64,000 nucleotides of DNA, taken from positions 10,836-74,835 of the forward strand of contig JBAYJE010000002.1 in assembly GCA_041665265.1 (NCBI GenBank), written 5' to 3'. Below, piece after piece: positions 55,494-64,000 of this stretch (position 1 is the first letter of the stretch; the number at the start of each line of letters is the position of its first letter). The DNA is from Minisyncoccota bacterium (GTDB lineage Bacteria > Patescibacteriota > Minisyncoccia > UBA6257 > GWB1-50-10). The position numbers were made by a program, and so were the translations under genes. Below the pieces are notes generated by a model. The model was not told the origin of the DNA. It made no database searches and worked only from the letters and a program-made list of their open reading frames with translations.

Positions 55494-56671
55494 GTGAACC
55501 GAAGCCAATTCTTGGCCTCCCGCGGAACATTTTTTTCTTAGGGTTGGTCAGTATGTTTAATGACTTTTCGACCGAGATGGTGCAGTCGGTCATGCCTATT
55601 TTTATTACTACGGTACTTGGAGCTCCTCTTATTGTAGTGGGGCTTATCGAAGGGTTCGCTGACGCATTAGCGAGCATACTTAAGGTTTTCTTTGGGTGGT
55701 TTTCTGATAAGTTAAATCGGAGGAAATCATTTGCAGTATTTGGATATCTTCTTTCGGTCAGTACTCGTCCTTTTTTGGTGCTCGCAACAAGTTATGGGCA
55801 TATATTTGGATTGCGCGCACTTGATCGAGTAGGAAAAGGTATGCGTGACGCACCACGTGATGCGCTTATTGCCGAATCGACGACACCAGAAACAATCAGT
55901 CGTTCATTTGGATACCATCGAATGATGGATACATTTGGGGGAACATTGGGACCTCTTGCCGCATTTCTTATTCTCCCTTTTGTATTTAATTCGTATCATA
56001 TTATTTTTCTTATCGCGTTTGCGGTGGGCGCACTTGCAGTTATTACCTTTTTCTTTGTAAAAGAGGTGAAACGTCTTGATACGGTAAGAGTTCCTAAATT
56101 TGATTTACAGCTTATTCGTTCAAATAGGCGCTTTGTGGTTTTTCTTATCTCTGTATTCGTATTTGGATTAGGAGCACTTCCTCTTCCACTTCTCTTATTG
56201 CGCTCTCCGGAGGTTGGTCTTGGAAACAGTTCGGTGCCATTCTTTTATTTTGTCTCTAATTTTGCATTTGTCCTGGCTTCAATTCCGTTTGGTCGTTTTG
56301 CGGATAGTTATGGAAAACGAAAGATTGTAAGTATTGGTTTTCTCGCCGCGTTTCTCGCATATGTAGGACTTATTTTTGCTCATAGTTTTCCCGCTCTTTT
56401 TGTGGTGTTTGTACTTTTCGGATTTTATAATGCAGCAACGGATGGAATTCAGCGTGCGATGGTAGCGCGTCTTGTGGATCCACAAATTCGTGCTACGGGA
56501 CAGGGTTTCTTAAATGCTGCAATTGGTATTTCTGCACTTCTTGCAGGAGGAATCGGAGGAGGACTCTGGACATATGTAGGTGCTGAGGCTGCGTTTGTAT
56601 ATGCGGCCACTATGTCACTCGCAGGCCTTGTTTTCTTTCTTATTTTGATGAATGTGAGATTTAGAGAGTAA
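55490..56671 (+). CDS. MFS transporter
   Basis: 12 TM helices; GWFSDKLNRRKS MFS loop 2-3-like motif. Confidence 0.7.
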   Translation: MSEPKPILGLPRNIFFLGLVSMFNDFSTEMVQSVMPIFITTVLGAPLIVVGLIEGFADALASILKVFFGWFSDKLNRRKSFAVFGYLLSVSTRPFLVLATSYGHIFGLRALDRVGKGMRDAPRDALIAESTTPETISRSFGYHRMMDTFGGTLGPLAAFLILPFVFNSYHIIFLIAFAVGALAVITFFFVKEVKRLDTVRVPKFDLQLIRSNRRFVVFLISVFVFGLGALPLPLLLLRSPEVGLGNSSVPFFYFVSNFAFVLASIPFGRFADSYGKRKIVSIGFLAAFLAYVGLIFAHSFPALFVVFVLFGFYNAATDGIQRAMVARLVDPQIRATGQGFLNAAIGISALLAGGIGGGLWTYVGAEAAFVYAATMSLAGLVFFLILMNVRFRE

Positions 56672-56679
56672 CTTTTGAA

Positions 56680-56775
56680 CAACCCTCAACAGCAACCCTC
56701 ACTAGGGTGACGAAGCGTCAGATGCAGCAACCCTCGACAGTAACCCTCACCAGGGTGACGAAGCGTCAGATGCGG
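56680..56775. repeat. Two tandem 48-nt direct repeats, each with two AACCCTC heptamers and a TGACG-aag-CGTCA hairpin, upstream of gap
   Basis: Unit1 56680-56727 and unit2 56728-56775 differ at about 6 positions. Confidence 0.85.
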
Positions 56776-56804
56776 CATCGGATTAATTATCGTATAATAA
56801 ACAT

Positions 56805-57824
56805 ATGGCAAATATTGCAATAAATGGATTTGGACGTATTGGGCGACTTTTTTTACAACACACACTTCAAGAAGAAGGTATAAATGTAGTAGCAATTAAT
56901 GATTTGGGGGATGTTGAAAATCTCGCATACCTATTAAAATATGACACGATATACGGTCGTTTTTTGGGCGACGTCTCGCTTGTGGATAAGTTTCTTGTGG
57001 TAAATGGCAAAAAGATTTTGTTTCTTCAAGAAAAAGACCCCACAAAACTTCCATGGAAGGACCTTAATGTGGATATAGTAGTGGAGTCTACGGGAGTTTT
57101 TGAATCGTATGAAAAAGCAAAGGTACATTTGGATGCTGGTGCAAAAAAGGTAGTTATTACTGCTCCTGCAAAAGATGCCGATGGCACTTTTGGTGGGAAG
57201 ACTGTACTTGTTGGTGTAAATGAAAATGATGCAAAGGGAGTATCACTTACTTCAAACGCATCGTGCACCACGAATGCAGTTTCACCTGTAATTCAGATTA
57301 TGATGGAGAATCCTGGTATTGAAAAAGCAATTTTGAATACGGTGCACGCGTATACGGGAACACAGAGTATTGTGGACAGCCCGACGAAAGGAAAGGATTA
57401 TAGGAGAGGGCGTGCTGCCTCACAAAATATTTCTCCTTCAACGACAGGGGCTGCAATCGCAGTTACACGAGTTATTAGAGAACTTGAGGGAAAATTTGAT
57501 GGTATTGCAATTCGTGTACCAGTGCCAACCGGATCACTTGCCGATATTACGTTTATTGCAAAACGAGATACCTCAGTAGAGGAAGTGAACAATATTTTTA
57601 AGAAAGCGGCAGAAGATCCTCGTTGGAAATCAATTCTTAAAGTAAGTGAAGAACAATTGGTATCTTCCGATATTATTAATGAGCCCTATGCTGCCATTGT
57701 AGATTTAGGATTTACAAAAGTAGTAGGTGGTAATCTTGTAAAAGTGCTTGTGTGGTACGACAACGAGGCTGGATATGTATCGACACTTGTAAAACACGTG
57801 CTCCGTGTTGCGAGTTTCTTATAA
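56805..57824 (+). CDS. gap: Glyceraldehyde-3-phosphate dehydrogenase
   Basis: INGFGRIGR NAD-binding motif, SNASCTTN active-site Cys; TATAAT box ends 7 nt before ATG. Confidence 0.9.
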   Translation: MANIAINGFGRIGRLFLQHTLQEEGINVVAINDLGDVENLAYLLKYDTIYGRFLGDVSLVDKFLVVNGKKILFLQEKDPTKLPWKDLNVDIVVESTGVFESYEKAKVHLDAGAKKVVITAPAKDADGTFGGKTVLVGVNENDAKGVSLTSNASCTTNAVSPVIQIMMENPGIEKAILNTVHAYTGTQSIVDSPTKGKDYRRGRAASQNISPSTTGAAIAVTRVIRELEGKFDGIAIRVPVPTGSLADITFIAKRDTSVEEVNNIFKKAAEDPRWKSILKVSEEQLVSSDIINEPYAAIVDLGFTKVVGGNLVKVLVWYDNEAGYVSTLVKHVLRVASFL

Positions 57825-57848
57825 TGTAGTACAACTGAGGAGTCTGTT

Positions 57849-58889
57849 ATGCGAAAAAATCATTTTATTTTCTACGCGGTGGTACTCGTAGCCATTGTGA
57901 GTCTTTTACAATTTTCGGCTGAGCTTTCTATTGAACGTTTTCATGCTGCAAATTCTTCTGCACTTGCGGCTACACTTTCCTCACAGTATCGAGAGATGAT
58001 GAATACGAAGATTATTGCTCTTGAGGAGGAGCAGAAAAATACCACACTCCTTTTCACGGGAGATGTAATGCTTTCACGAAGTGTGGGGAAAAGGATGAGC
58101 AAGGCGAATGATATGACTCTGCCATTTCTTTTGATTGCGAGTACTACGCAAGCCGCTGACGTGGTTATTGGAAATCTTGAGGGCCCCGTATCTTCTCGTG
58201 GAAGAAATCAAGGAAGTATCTATTCATTTCGTGCAGATCCTAAAACAATACAAGGACTCACGTTTGCGGGTTTTCATGTTATGTCTCTTGCAAATAATCA
58301 TATGTGGGACTGGGGGCGTGATGCGCTTTCTGACTCCATTTCTCTTTTGCGTGAGAATGGTATTTTGACCGTAGGAGCAGGAAGAAATGAAGAAGAGGCC
58401 AATTTACCACTTGTTCTTGAGGTAAAAAAGAATCGTATTGGAATGCTTTCCTATACTGATCTCTATCCAAAGAGTTTAAATGCAAAAGGAAATGTTCCAG
58501 GAATAAGTAATTTTAGTGAGGCGCGCGTGAGTGAGGCGGTAACACTTCTTAAGCAGTCAGTAGATATTGTAGTGGTTCTTATACATTGGGGTGATGAGTA
58601 TAAAGAGAAATCAAATAGCGAACAGCAACGACTCGCACATGCGTTTATTGATGCGGGGGCGGATCTTGTGGTAGGAACTCATCCCCATGTGGCACAAGAA
58701 ATCGAACAATATAATAATGGTTGGATTGCGTATAGTCTTGGAAATTTTGTATTTGACCAGACATTTTCTGAAGAAACACGACGTGGCATTATGTTTGTTG
58801 CCACGATTAAAGATGCAAAACTTGTGAATGTGCTTTCTATTCCTACGCGTATAAATGATGATTTTCAGCCGGAAGGAGTTCCGCTATAA
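57849..58889 (+). CDS. CapA family (poly-gamma-glutamate synthesis/metallophosphatase-like) protein
   Basis: N-terminal TM; VIGNLEGPVS, ...HWGDEY..., ...GTHPHV... motifs of CapA/PGA_cap. Confidence 0.7.
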   Translation: MRKNHFIFYAVVLVAIVSLLQFSAELSIERFHAANSSALAATLSSQYREMMNTKIIALEEEQKNTTLLFTGDVMLSRSVGKRMSKANDMTLPFLLIASTTQAADVVIGNLEGPVSSRGRNQGSIYSFRADPKTIQGLTFAGFHVMSLANNHMWDWGRDALSDSISLLRENGILTVGAGRNEEEANLPLVLEVKKNRIGMLSYTDLYPKSLNAKGNVPGISNFSEARVSEAVTLLKQSVDIVVVLIHWGDEYKEKSNSEQQRLAHAFIDAGADLVVGTHPHVAQEIEQYNNGWIAYSLGNFVFDQTFSEETRRGIMFVATIKDAKLVNVLSIPTRINDDFQPEGVPL

Positions 58890-58897
58890 TAAAAGGA

Positions 58898-59380
58898 ATG
58901 GTTATTTATATTGGTGCAGATCATCGTGGATTTAAGCTTAAAGAATTTTTAAGTGGCATGTTGAAATACGGCGGATATCCAGTCGTTGATGTGGGGAATG
59001 ATCATTACGACGAAACGGATAGTTATGTAGATTTTGCAAAGCGTGTTGCAGAACGAGTAAGTATCGATTATGACCATAATCGCGGGATTCTTATTTGTGG
59101 ATCTGGCATAGGGATGGATATTGTGGCAAATAAACATCCTAATGTGCGCGCGGCACTCGCACTTACCCCAGACCAAGCGTTTGATAGTAGAAATGACGAC
59201 GATACAAATATATTGTGTCTTGGTGCGAATTATTTAAATGAAGAGCAAACAAAGAAAATAGTACTTACGTGGATTCAGACCCCTTTTTCAAAAGAAGCGA
59301 GACATCGGAGAAGGATTGAGGGAATTGCACAAGTCGAAATGGAACGTATGAGGCCCTTGCATGGTGAGGATCCCGCATAG
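58898..59380 (+). CDS. rpiB: Ribose-5-phosphate isomerase B
   Basis: MVIYIGADHRGFKLKE and ILICGSGIGMDIVANK motifs of RpiB/LacAB family. Confidence 0.85.
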   Translation: MVIYIGADHRGFKLKEFLSGMLKYGGYPVVDVGNDHYDETDSYVDFAKRVAERVSIDYDHNRGILICGSGIGMDIVANKHPNVRAALALTPDQAFDSRNDDDTNILCLGANYLNEEQTKKIVLTWIQTPFSKEARHRRRIEGIAQVEMERMRPLHGEDPA

Positions 59381-59381
59381 T

Positions 59382-60023
59382 ATGGAAGTAATTCCCGGTA
59401 TTAATTGTGAGGAAGAGAAATGCGTAAAGGAACGATTTGAAATTGCGCGCCATCTTTCGTGTACGTGGTTACACGTTGATGTAAGTGATGGTGTCTTTGC
59501 GAATTCGCGTACATGGAATACTCCAGAAACGTTTGCACACGCGCCTGCAAAACTTGAAATCCACCTTATGGTTATGAATCCCGAAGATGTTATTGAGAAG
59601 TGGTTAACGATTGGTGCAAAGCGCATCATTGTACATGTAGAGTCTTTTCAAGCGAAGAAGGAGAGTATTTTTCTCAATATAGTAACTATATGTAAAAATT
59701 TTGGTGCTGAACTTATGCTTTCAGCAAATCCTGAGACTGAAATAGAAGCATTTATGCCGTATAAGGATATTGTTTCTTCGTTTCAGCTTCTTGCAGTTTT
59801 ACCAGGGCTTTCTGGTCAGGAATTTGATGTAGCAATTATCAACAAGATAAAAGTATTAAAAGGGAGAATTCCCAACGCGATAATAGAAATTGATGGGGGA
59901 GTAAATCCTATAGTTGCAAAAAAAGTTTTTGATGTAGGAGCAACGATCATTTCCGTATCATCGTATATATTTACAAGTGATAATCCGTCACAGGCGTACA
60001 CAACACTACAGCAGATTTTGTAA
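59382..60023 (+). CDS. rpe: Ribulose-phosphate 3-epimerase-like (TIM barrel)
   Basis: Start ATG 59382; HVDVSDG, HLMV, IEIDGGVNP motifs. Confidence 0.7.
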   Translation: MEVIPGINCEEEKCVKERFEIARHLSCTWLHVDVSDGVFANSRTWNTPETFAHAPAKLEIHLMVMNPEDVIEKWLTIGAKRIIVHVESFQAKKESIFLNIVTICKNFGAELMLSANPETEIEAFMPYKDIVSSFQLLAVLPGLSGQEFDVAIINKIKVLKGRIPNAIIEIDGGVNPIVAKKVFDVGATIISVSSYIFTSDNPSQAYTTLQQIL

Positions 60024-60046
60024 GAAAGGGTGGTATACTAAATAAA

Positions 60047-60907
60047 ATGGAAGCACTTCATGAGAAAAAATTAAAACAATTAGAAGAAACAGCGAATCGT
60101 GTTCGTGAATTTATCATTCAAACACTTCTTGAAGCGGGTTCAGGACATTCTGCAGGACCACTTGGTATGGCAGATATTGTTACTGCTCTGTATTTTCATA
60201 TATTGAAACATAATCCGAAAAAGCCAGATTGGAGTGAACGCGACCGACTTGTGCTTTCAAATGGGCATATTTGCCCTGTCCTATATGTCGCCATGGCATT
60301 TGCAGGATATTTCCCTGTTGATGAATTACGAACTTTGAGGAAGCTTAATTCGCGTCTTCAAGGACACCCTCATCGCGGTTCACTTCCAGGACTTGAAACA
60401 ACATCAGGACCATTAGGTTCAGGTCTTTCGCAGGCAATCGGTATTGCACTTGCGGCAAAATTGGACAACAAAAAAAATTATACCTATTGTCTCATGTCTG
60501 ATGGTGAGCAGAACGAAGGGAATATATGGGAGGCGGTTATGTTTGCGGGAAAGCATCGTCTTTCAAATCTTATTGCGGTAATGGATCGGAATAATATTCA
60601 AATTGATGGATTTACTGAAGATGTAATGCCACTTGAATCAATTCGTGCAAAATACGAGGCATTTCGATGGCATGTGATTGAGATAGATGGTCATAATATT
60701 AGTGATTTTGTAGATGCGGTGTTTGAAGCTCAGGCAATTTATGAGGCGCCAACACTTATTATCGCGCATACCATTCCTGGGAAGGGTGTGAGTTTTATGG
60801 AACGTAATTATTTGTGGCATGGAAAACCACCGAATAAAGGGGAGGCAAAAAAAGCGCTCGCTGAATTACGGTCACTTGGAGGACGAATAAAGAGTGAACA
60901 TGATTAA
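60047..60907 (+). CDS. Transketolase, N-terminal (thiamine-diphosphate-binding) subunit
   Basis: GSGHSAGPLGMADIV, HPHRGSLPGLE, GPLGSGLSQAIGIA TPP motifs; 286 aa. Confidence 0.85.
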   Translation: MEALHEKKLKQLEETANRVREFIIQTLLEAGSGHSAGPLGMADIVTALYFHILKHNPKKPDWSERDRLVLSNGHICPVLYVAMAFAGYFPVDELRTLRKLNSRLQGHPHRGSLPGLETTSGPLGSGLSQAIGIALAAKLDNKKNYTYCLMSDGEQNEGNIWEAVMFAGKHRLSNLIAVMDRNNIQIDGFTEDVMPLESIRAKYEAFRWHVIEIDGHNISDFVDAVFEAQAIYEAPTLIIAHTIPGKGVSFMERNYLWHGKPPNKGEAKKALAELRSLGGRIKSEHD

Positions 60908-61889
60908 TATAACTGCAAAAGTAAATAAGAAAGTGTTTGATGCAGATGTGGAACAGAAGCCAATTCGCGATGGCTACGGTGAAGGACTTTTGATTGTGGG
61001 AGAACAGAATAAAAACGTGGTAGTGCTTTGCGCAGATCTTAAGGAATCAACGCGCACCGAGGAGTTTGCAAAGAAATTCCCTGAGCGATTTTTTGAAGTA
61101 GGTGTGGCAGAACAGAATATGGCAACGATCGCAGCAGGTTTGGGGGTTTCCGGAAAGATTCCCTACATTTCTTCCTACGCTACATTTTCTCCTGGAAGAA
61201 ATTGGGAACAGATTCGTACGACTATTTCATATAACGATGCAAATGTGAAAATTGCAGGACATCATGCGGGTATTTCTGTGGGGCCCGATGGCGCGACACA
61301 TCAAGCAGTAGAAGATATCGCGACTATGAGAGTTATGGCAAATATGAAAGTGATTGTGCCATGCGATGCCATTGAGGCAAGAAAGGCAACAGTTGCTGCA
61401 GCAAAAATATGGGGTCCAATGTATTTGCGATTTGCACGAGAAAAAACACCAATTGTCACTACTGAAAAATCGCCGTTTATTCCGGGAAAGGCAGAAATAC
61501 TTTGGGATTCGAAAAAACCAGTAGCTACCATTGTGGCATGTGGAGCTCTCGTATATGCCGCACTTCTTGCGGCTCAGAAACTTGAAGAAGAGGGTGTTGA
61601 GGTAATGGTAATAAATAATCATACAATAAAACCGCTTGATGAAGTGACACTTCTTGTCGCAGCAAAAAGAACGGGAGCATTTGTAAGTGCAGAAGAGCAT
61701 CAAATTGCAGGCGGTATGGGTAGTGCAATTGCAGAGCTTCTTGTAACACAGCATCCAATACCACAAGAATTTATAGGAATGCGCGGTGTGTTTGGAGAAT
61801 CAGGAAAACCTGCAGAACTTATTGAAAAATACGGCATGGGAGTGAACGACATTGTGCGTGCGGTTCGCACAGTAGTAAAACGAAAGTAA
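60894..61889 (+). CDS. Transketolase, C-terminal (pyrimidine-binding + C-terminal domain) subunit
   Basis: FEVGVAEQNMATIAAGL, overlaps N-terminal subunit gene by 14 nt; 331 aa. Confidence 0.85.
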   Translation: MNMINITAKVNKKVFDADVEQKPIRDGYGEGLLIVGEQNKNVVVLCADLKESTRTEEFAKKFPERFFEVGVAEQNMATIAAGLGVSGKIPYISSYATFSPGRNWEQIRTTISYNDANVKIAGHHAGISVGPDGATHQAVEDIATMRVMANMKVIVPCDAIEARKATVAAAKIWGPMYLRFAREKTPIVTTEKSPFIPGKAEILWDSKKPVATIVACGALVYAALLAAQKLEEEGVEVMVINNHTIKPLDEVTLLVAAKRTGAFVSAEEHQIAGGMGSAIAELLVTQHPIPQEFIGMRGVFGESGKPAELIEKYGMGVNDIVRAVRTVVKRK

Positions 61890-61980
61890 TAGTATTAATA
61901 GACCTCACACCTCCTTTGGGAGGTTTTTAGTGTCTGTGAAGGTTGGTTAAAGTAGGGTATAATGGAAGAAATAAGCCATT

Positions 61981-62982
61981 ATGCAAATATTTGACATCCT
62001 CACTATAGGAACTGCAACGAGGGATGTATTCCTTACTAGCTCACTTTTTAAGGTACTACGCGATCCAAAACATCTGGCTCAGCTTGGATTTATAACTGGA
62101 GAGGCAGAGTGTTTTGCGTTAGGTTCGAAGCTTAAAGTGGATAAGCTGGTGCGTTCTACGGGGGGAGACGCCGCAAATGCTGCAGTTACTTTTGCGCGAC
62201 AAGGATTTAAAACAGCAATGCTTGCAAAGGTGGGTAGTGACGAAGCAGGAAAAGAAATCGCACAAGAGTTGAAGGATGAGAAGATTGCTATTTTAAATGA
62301 AGTACACACAGGAGAAACAGACTATTCGACAATTCTTTTGGCACCGGGCGGGGAACGTACCGTACTCGTGTTTCGCGGCACCCCTCTTAGTAAGAAAGAA
62401 GTTACTTTTTCGAGACTTAAAGCAAAATGGGCATATATTGCTCCTGGTGACATTTCAACATCTCTTATAAAAGAAATTGTCACTTTACTCAAAAAACAGG
62501 GAACAAAGATCGCATTTAATCCCTCTCGTCATTACCTCGAGAAATCATCTACTGATGTTAAAATGATTATTGCACAATCAGATATTGTGATTATGAATCG
62601 TGAAGAAGCGGCATCTCTTGTTGATATGCCATATAAAAATGAAAAAGGCGTCTTTCGAAAACTCGACCAGTTAATTAATGGAATTACTATTATGACAGAT
62701 GGTCCTCGTGGTGCCATTGTTTCAGATGGTACTCACGTATATCGATGTGGCACATTTAAAGAAAATGTATGTGTGGATCGTACTGGTGCGGGTGACGCAT
62801 TTGGATCAGGGTTTGTGGTTGGCTTTATACGTTCGAACGATATTTGTTTTGCTTTACGTCTTGCAGCAGCAAATGCAACATCGGTAGTGGAACATATTGG
62901 AGCACAGGAAGGAATTCTTTCCGAAAACGATTTTAAAAATAAACGATGGCAGTTTCTCGATCTCGATATCGAGTCACGTTAA
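61981..62982 (+). CDS. PfkB family carbohydrate kinase (ribokinase-like)
   Basis: GGDAANAAVTFARQGF and C-terminal DRTGAGDAFGSGF PfkB signatures. Confidence 0.8.
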   Translation: MQIFDILTIGTATRDVFLTSSLFKVLRDPKHLAQLGFITGEAECFALGSKLKVDKLVRSTGGDAANAAVTFARQGFKTAMLAKVGSDEAGKEIAQELKDEKIAILNEVHTGETDYSTILLAPGGERTVLVFRGTPLSKKEVTFSRLKAKWAYIAPGDISTSLIKEIVTLLKKQGTKIAFNPSRHYLEKSSTDVKMIIAQSDIVIMNREEAASLVDMPYKNEKGVFRKLDQLINGITIMTDGPRGAIVSDGTHVYRCGTFKENVCVDRTGAGDAFGSGFVVGFIRSNDICFALRLAAANATSVVEHIGAQEGILSENDFKNKRWQFLDLDIESR

Positions 62983-63002
62983 GGAAGAATAATTAACGTT
63001 GT

Positions 63003-64000
63003 ATGATGACCGCACAGGAGAAAATAGCAAAGATTCTTAGAGTTGATAAGGATTATATTCTCACTATTGAGAAGCGTCTTTCTCTTGCAACCGGAAAAAC
63101 AGGAGTTTTTGAACGCATGATGTATGAGAATGAGGTACGCATTAAAGATCGTCTCGAACGTCTTGAACTTCCACGCGATGCGCACGCAAAAGAAGTATTT
63201 GATGCGCTTATTGCAAAGGTGGAAACGAGCGATGTTAAATTATGTGATGGCATAGGAGCAAATAAATGTACCACTAATGAAGATTTTACTCTTGCAGTAA
63301 ATGCCGTAAAGAAGGTTGCAAAGATTCCTAAAGGTTTTTTTCTCAAAAAAGAGAAGGCAATTGAATTACTCACGAATGAGCCACCAAAGAAAGTGATGGC
63401 ATATCTTGGATATACTACGGTGGCAGAGATGCTCGCAAAAGAAGATATTGTAGAAATTCTTGCTGCACTCCGTTTTATTGAAGGAAATGAGTGGCTTAAT
63501 AAGGCATTTTTTATTCACTATGAAAAACTCACTCCTGATGATTTTGAGGAGCGTGAGGTTGAAGTTCGTGCACTTTCTCAAAAATGGAGTAAGTACGCGA
63601 AGATTTTTGTGATGAAAAAGTGGCACAATGTGAGCCACTTGAAAGAGTTCGGTGTTCTTTTTGTAATTCCTGTCTCGTTGGGTATATCTGGAGAGCTTCT
63701 CCGCATGATGACCCTCATCTATCACTATACTCACGAAATTCCTTTTTATTCTGATATGTTTCGTGAGATTGCAAAAAACCCGAAAACATTTGCCATGCAT
63801 CTTATTTCACTTTTGCGTGGAGACACGGTCAATGACCAGAACCTTTTTGTGAGTGGTGATACTTCCCGATGGCTTGTTATTCAACGCTATCTTACGAAAG
63901 ATGACGAGAATGATTGGCGACTTTCCGTTCCCCATATCAACCCAGAAGCAATTCATTGGGAGAAAGCCGAAGAGGATCTCGAAGCATCGGGAGATCTTTT
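63003..64000 (+). CDS. Hypothetical protein (partial, continues beyond window end)
   Basis: Open frame from ATG 63003 with AAGGAAG SD; no stop through 64000 (checked codon by codon); not in ORF track because unterminated. Confidence 0.55.
   Translation, partial: MMTAQEKIAKILRVDKDYILTIEKRLSLATGKTGVFERMMYENEVRIKDRLERLELPRDAHAKEVFDALIAKVETSDVKLCDGIGANKCTTNEDFTLAVNAVKKVAKIPKGFFLKKEKAIELLTNEPPKKVMAYLGYTTVAEMLAKEDIVEILAALRFIEGNEWLNKAFFIHYEKLTPDDFEEREVEVRALSQKWSKYAKIFVMKKWHNVSHLKEFGVLFVIPVSLGISGELLRMMTLIYHYTHEIPFYSDMFREIAKNPKTFAMHLISLLRGDTVNDQNLFVSGDTSRWLVIQRYLTKDDENDWRLSVPHINPEAIHWEKAEEDLEASGDL

Noticed and set aside
56680-56775. Possible CRISPR array (direct repeats)
   Set aside because: Only two 48-nt units, directly abutting with no spacers, and no cas genes nearby; they are tandem regulatory repeats, not CRISPR

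Overview
This 64 kb window reads as a low-GC, gene-dense bacterial chromosome segment with short intergenic spacers and many rho-independent terminators. Split transketolase, a C-terminally truncated pyruvate kinase and trigger factor, and numerous prepilin-type proteins suggest a reduced-genome, CPR/Patescibacteria-like organism; this is inference from the sequence only. Positions 1-12.9 kb hold a type IV pilus-like cluster: PilB C-terminus, PilC, two pseudopilins, about 6 kb of unusual secreted or surface and enzyme genes, two more pilin-like genes, and PilM/N, PilO and a LytR_C protein on the minus strand. The rest of the window is mostly housekeeping. There is a metal-homeostasis group (TspO, Nramp, DoxX, P-type ATPase), DNA repair genes (UvrD helicase fused to a Cas4-like nuclease, Nth, DinB, ExoVII, a MutY-like glycosylase, and a second stand-alone Cas4-like nuclease), TypA, Pyk, UppS and HPF, a MacAB-like efflux set, and a pentose-phosphate/glycolysis block (GAPDH, RpiB, Rpe, split Tkt, PfkB kinase). 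RNA features are two tandem tRNA-like genes with non-canonical architecture (one with a roughly 38-nt insertion in the D-loop and a Ser GCU anticodon on a class-I body) and a promoter-to-terminator small RNA candidate just upstream of a SpoU methyltransferase gene. Other points worth a second look are unannotated short ORFs (a 30-aa lysine-rich protein behind a palindromic operator, a 55-aa zinc-ribbon protein, a 27-aa hydrophobic peptide), a Cache-HAMP plus PAS gene pair with no output domain, a 38-bp perfect palindrome, and tandem 48-nt repeats upstream of gap. I found no CRISPR array, integrase or transposase. All calls rest on reading the sequence and the ORF track by eye; no database searches were run.
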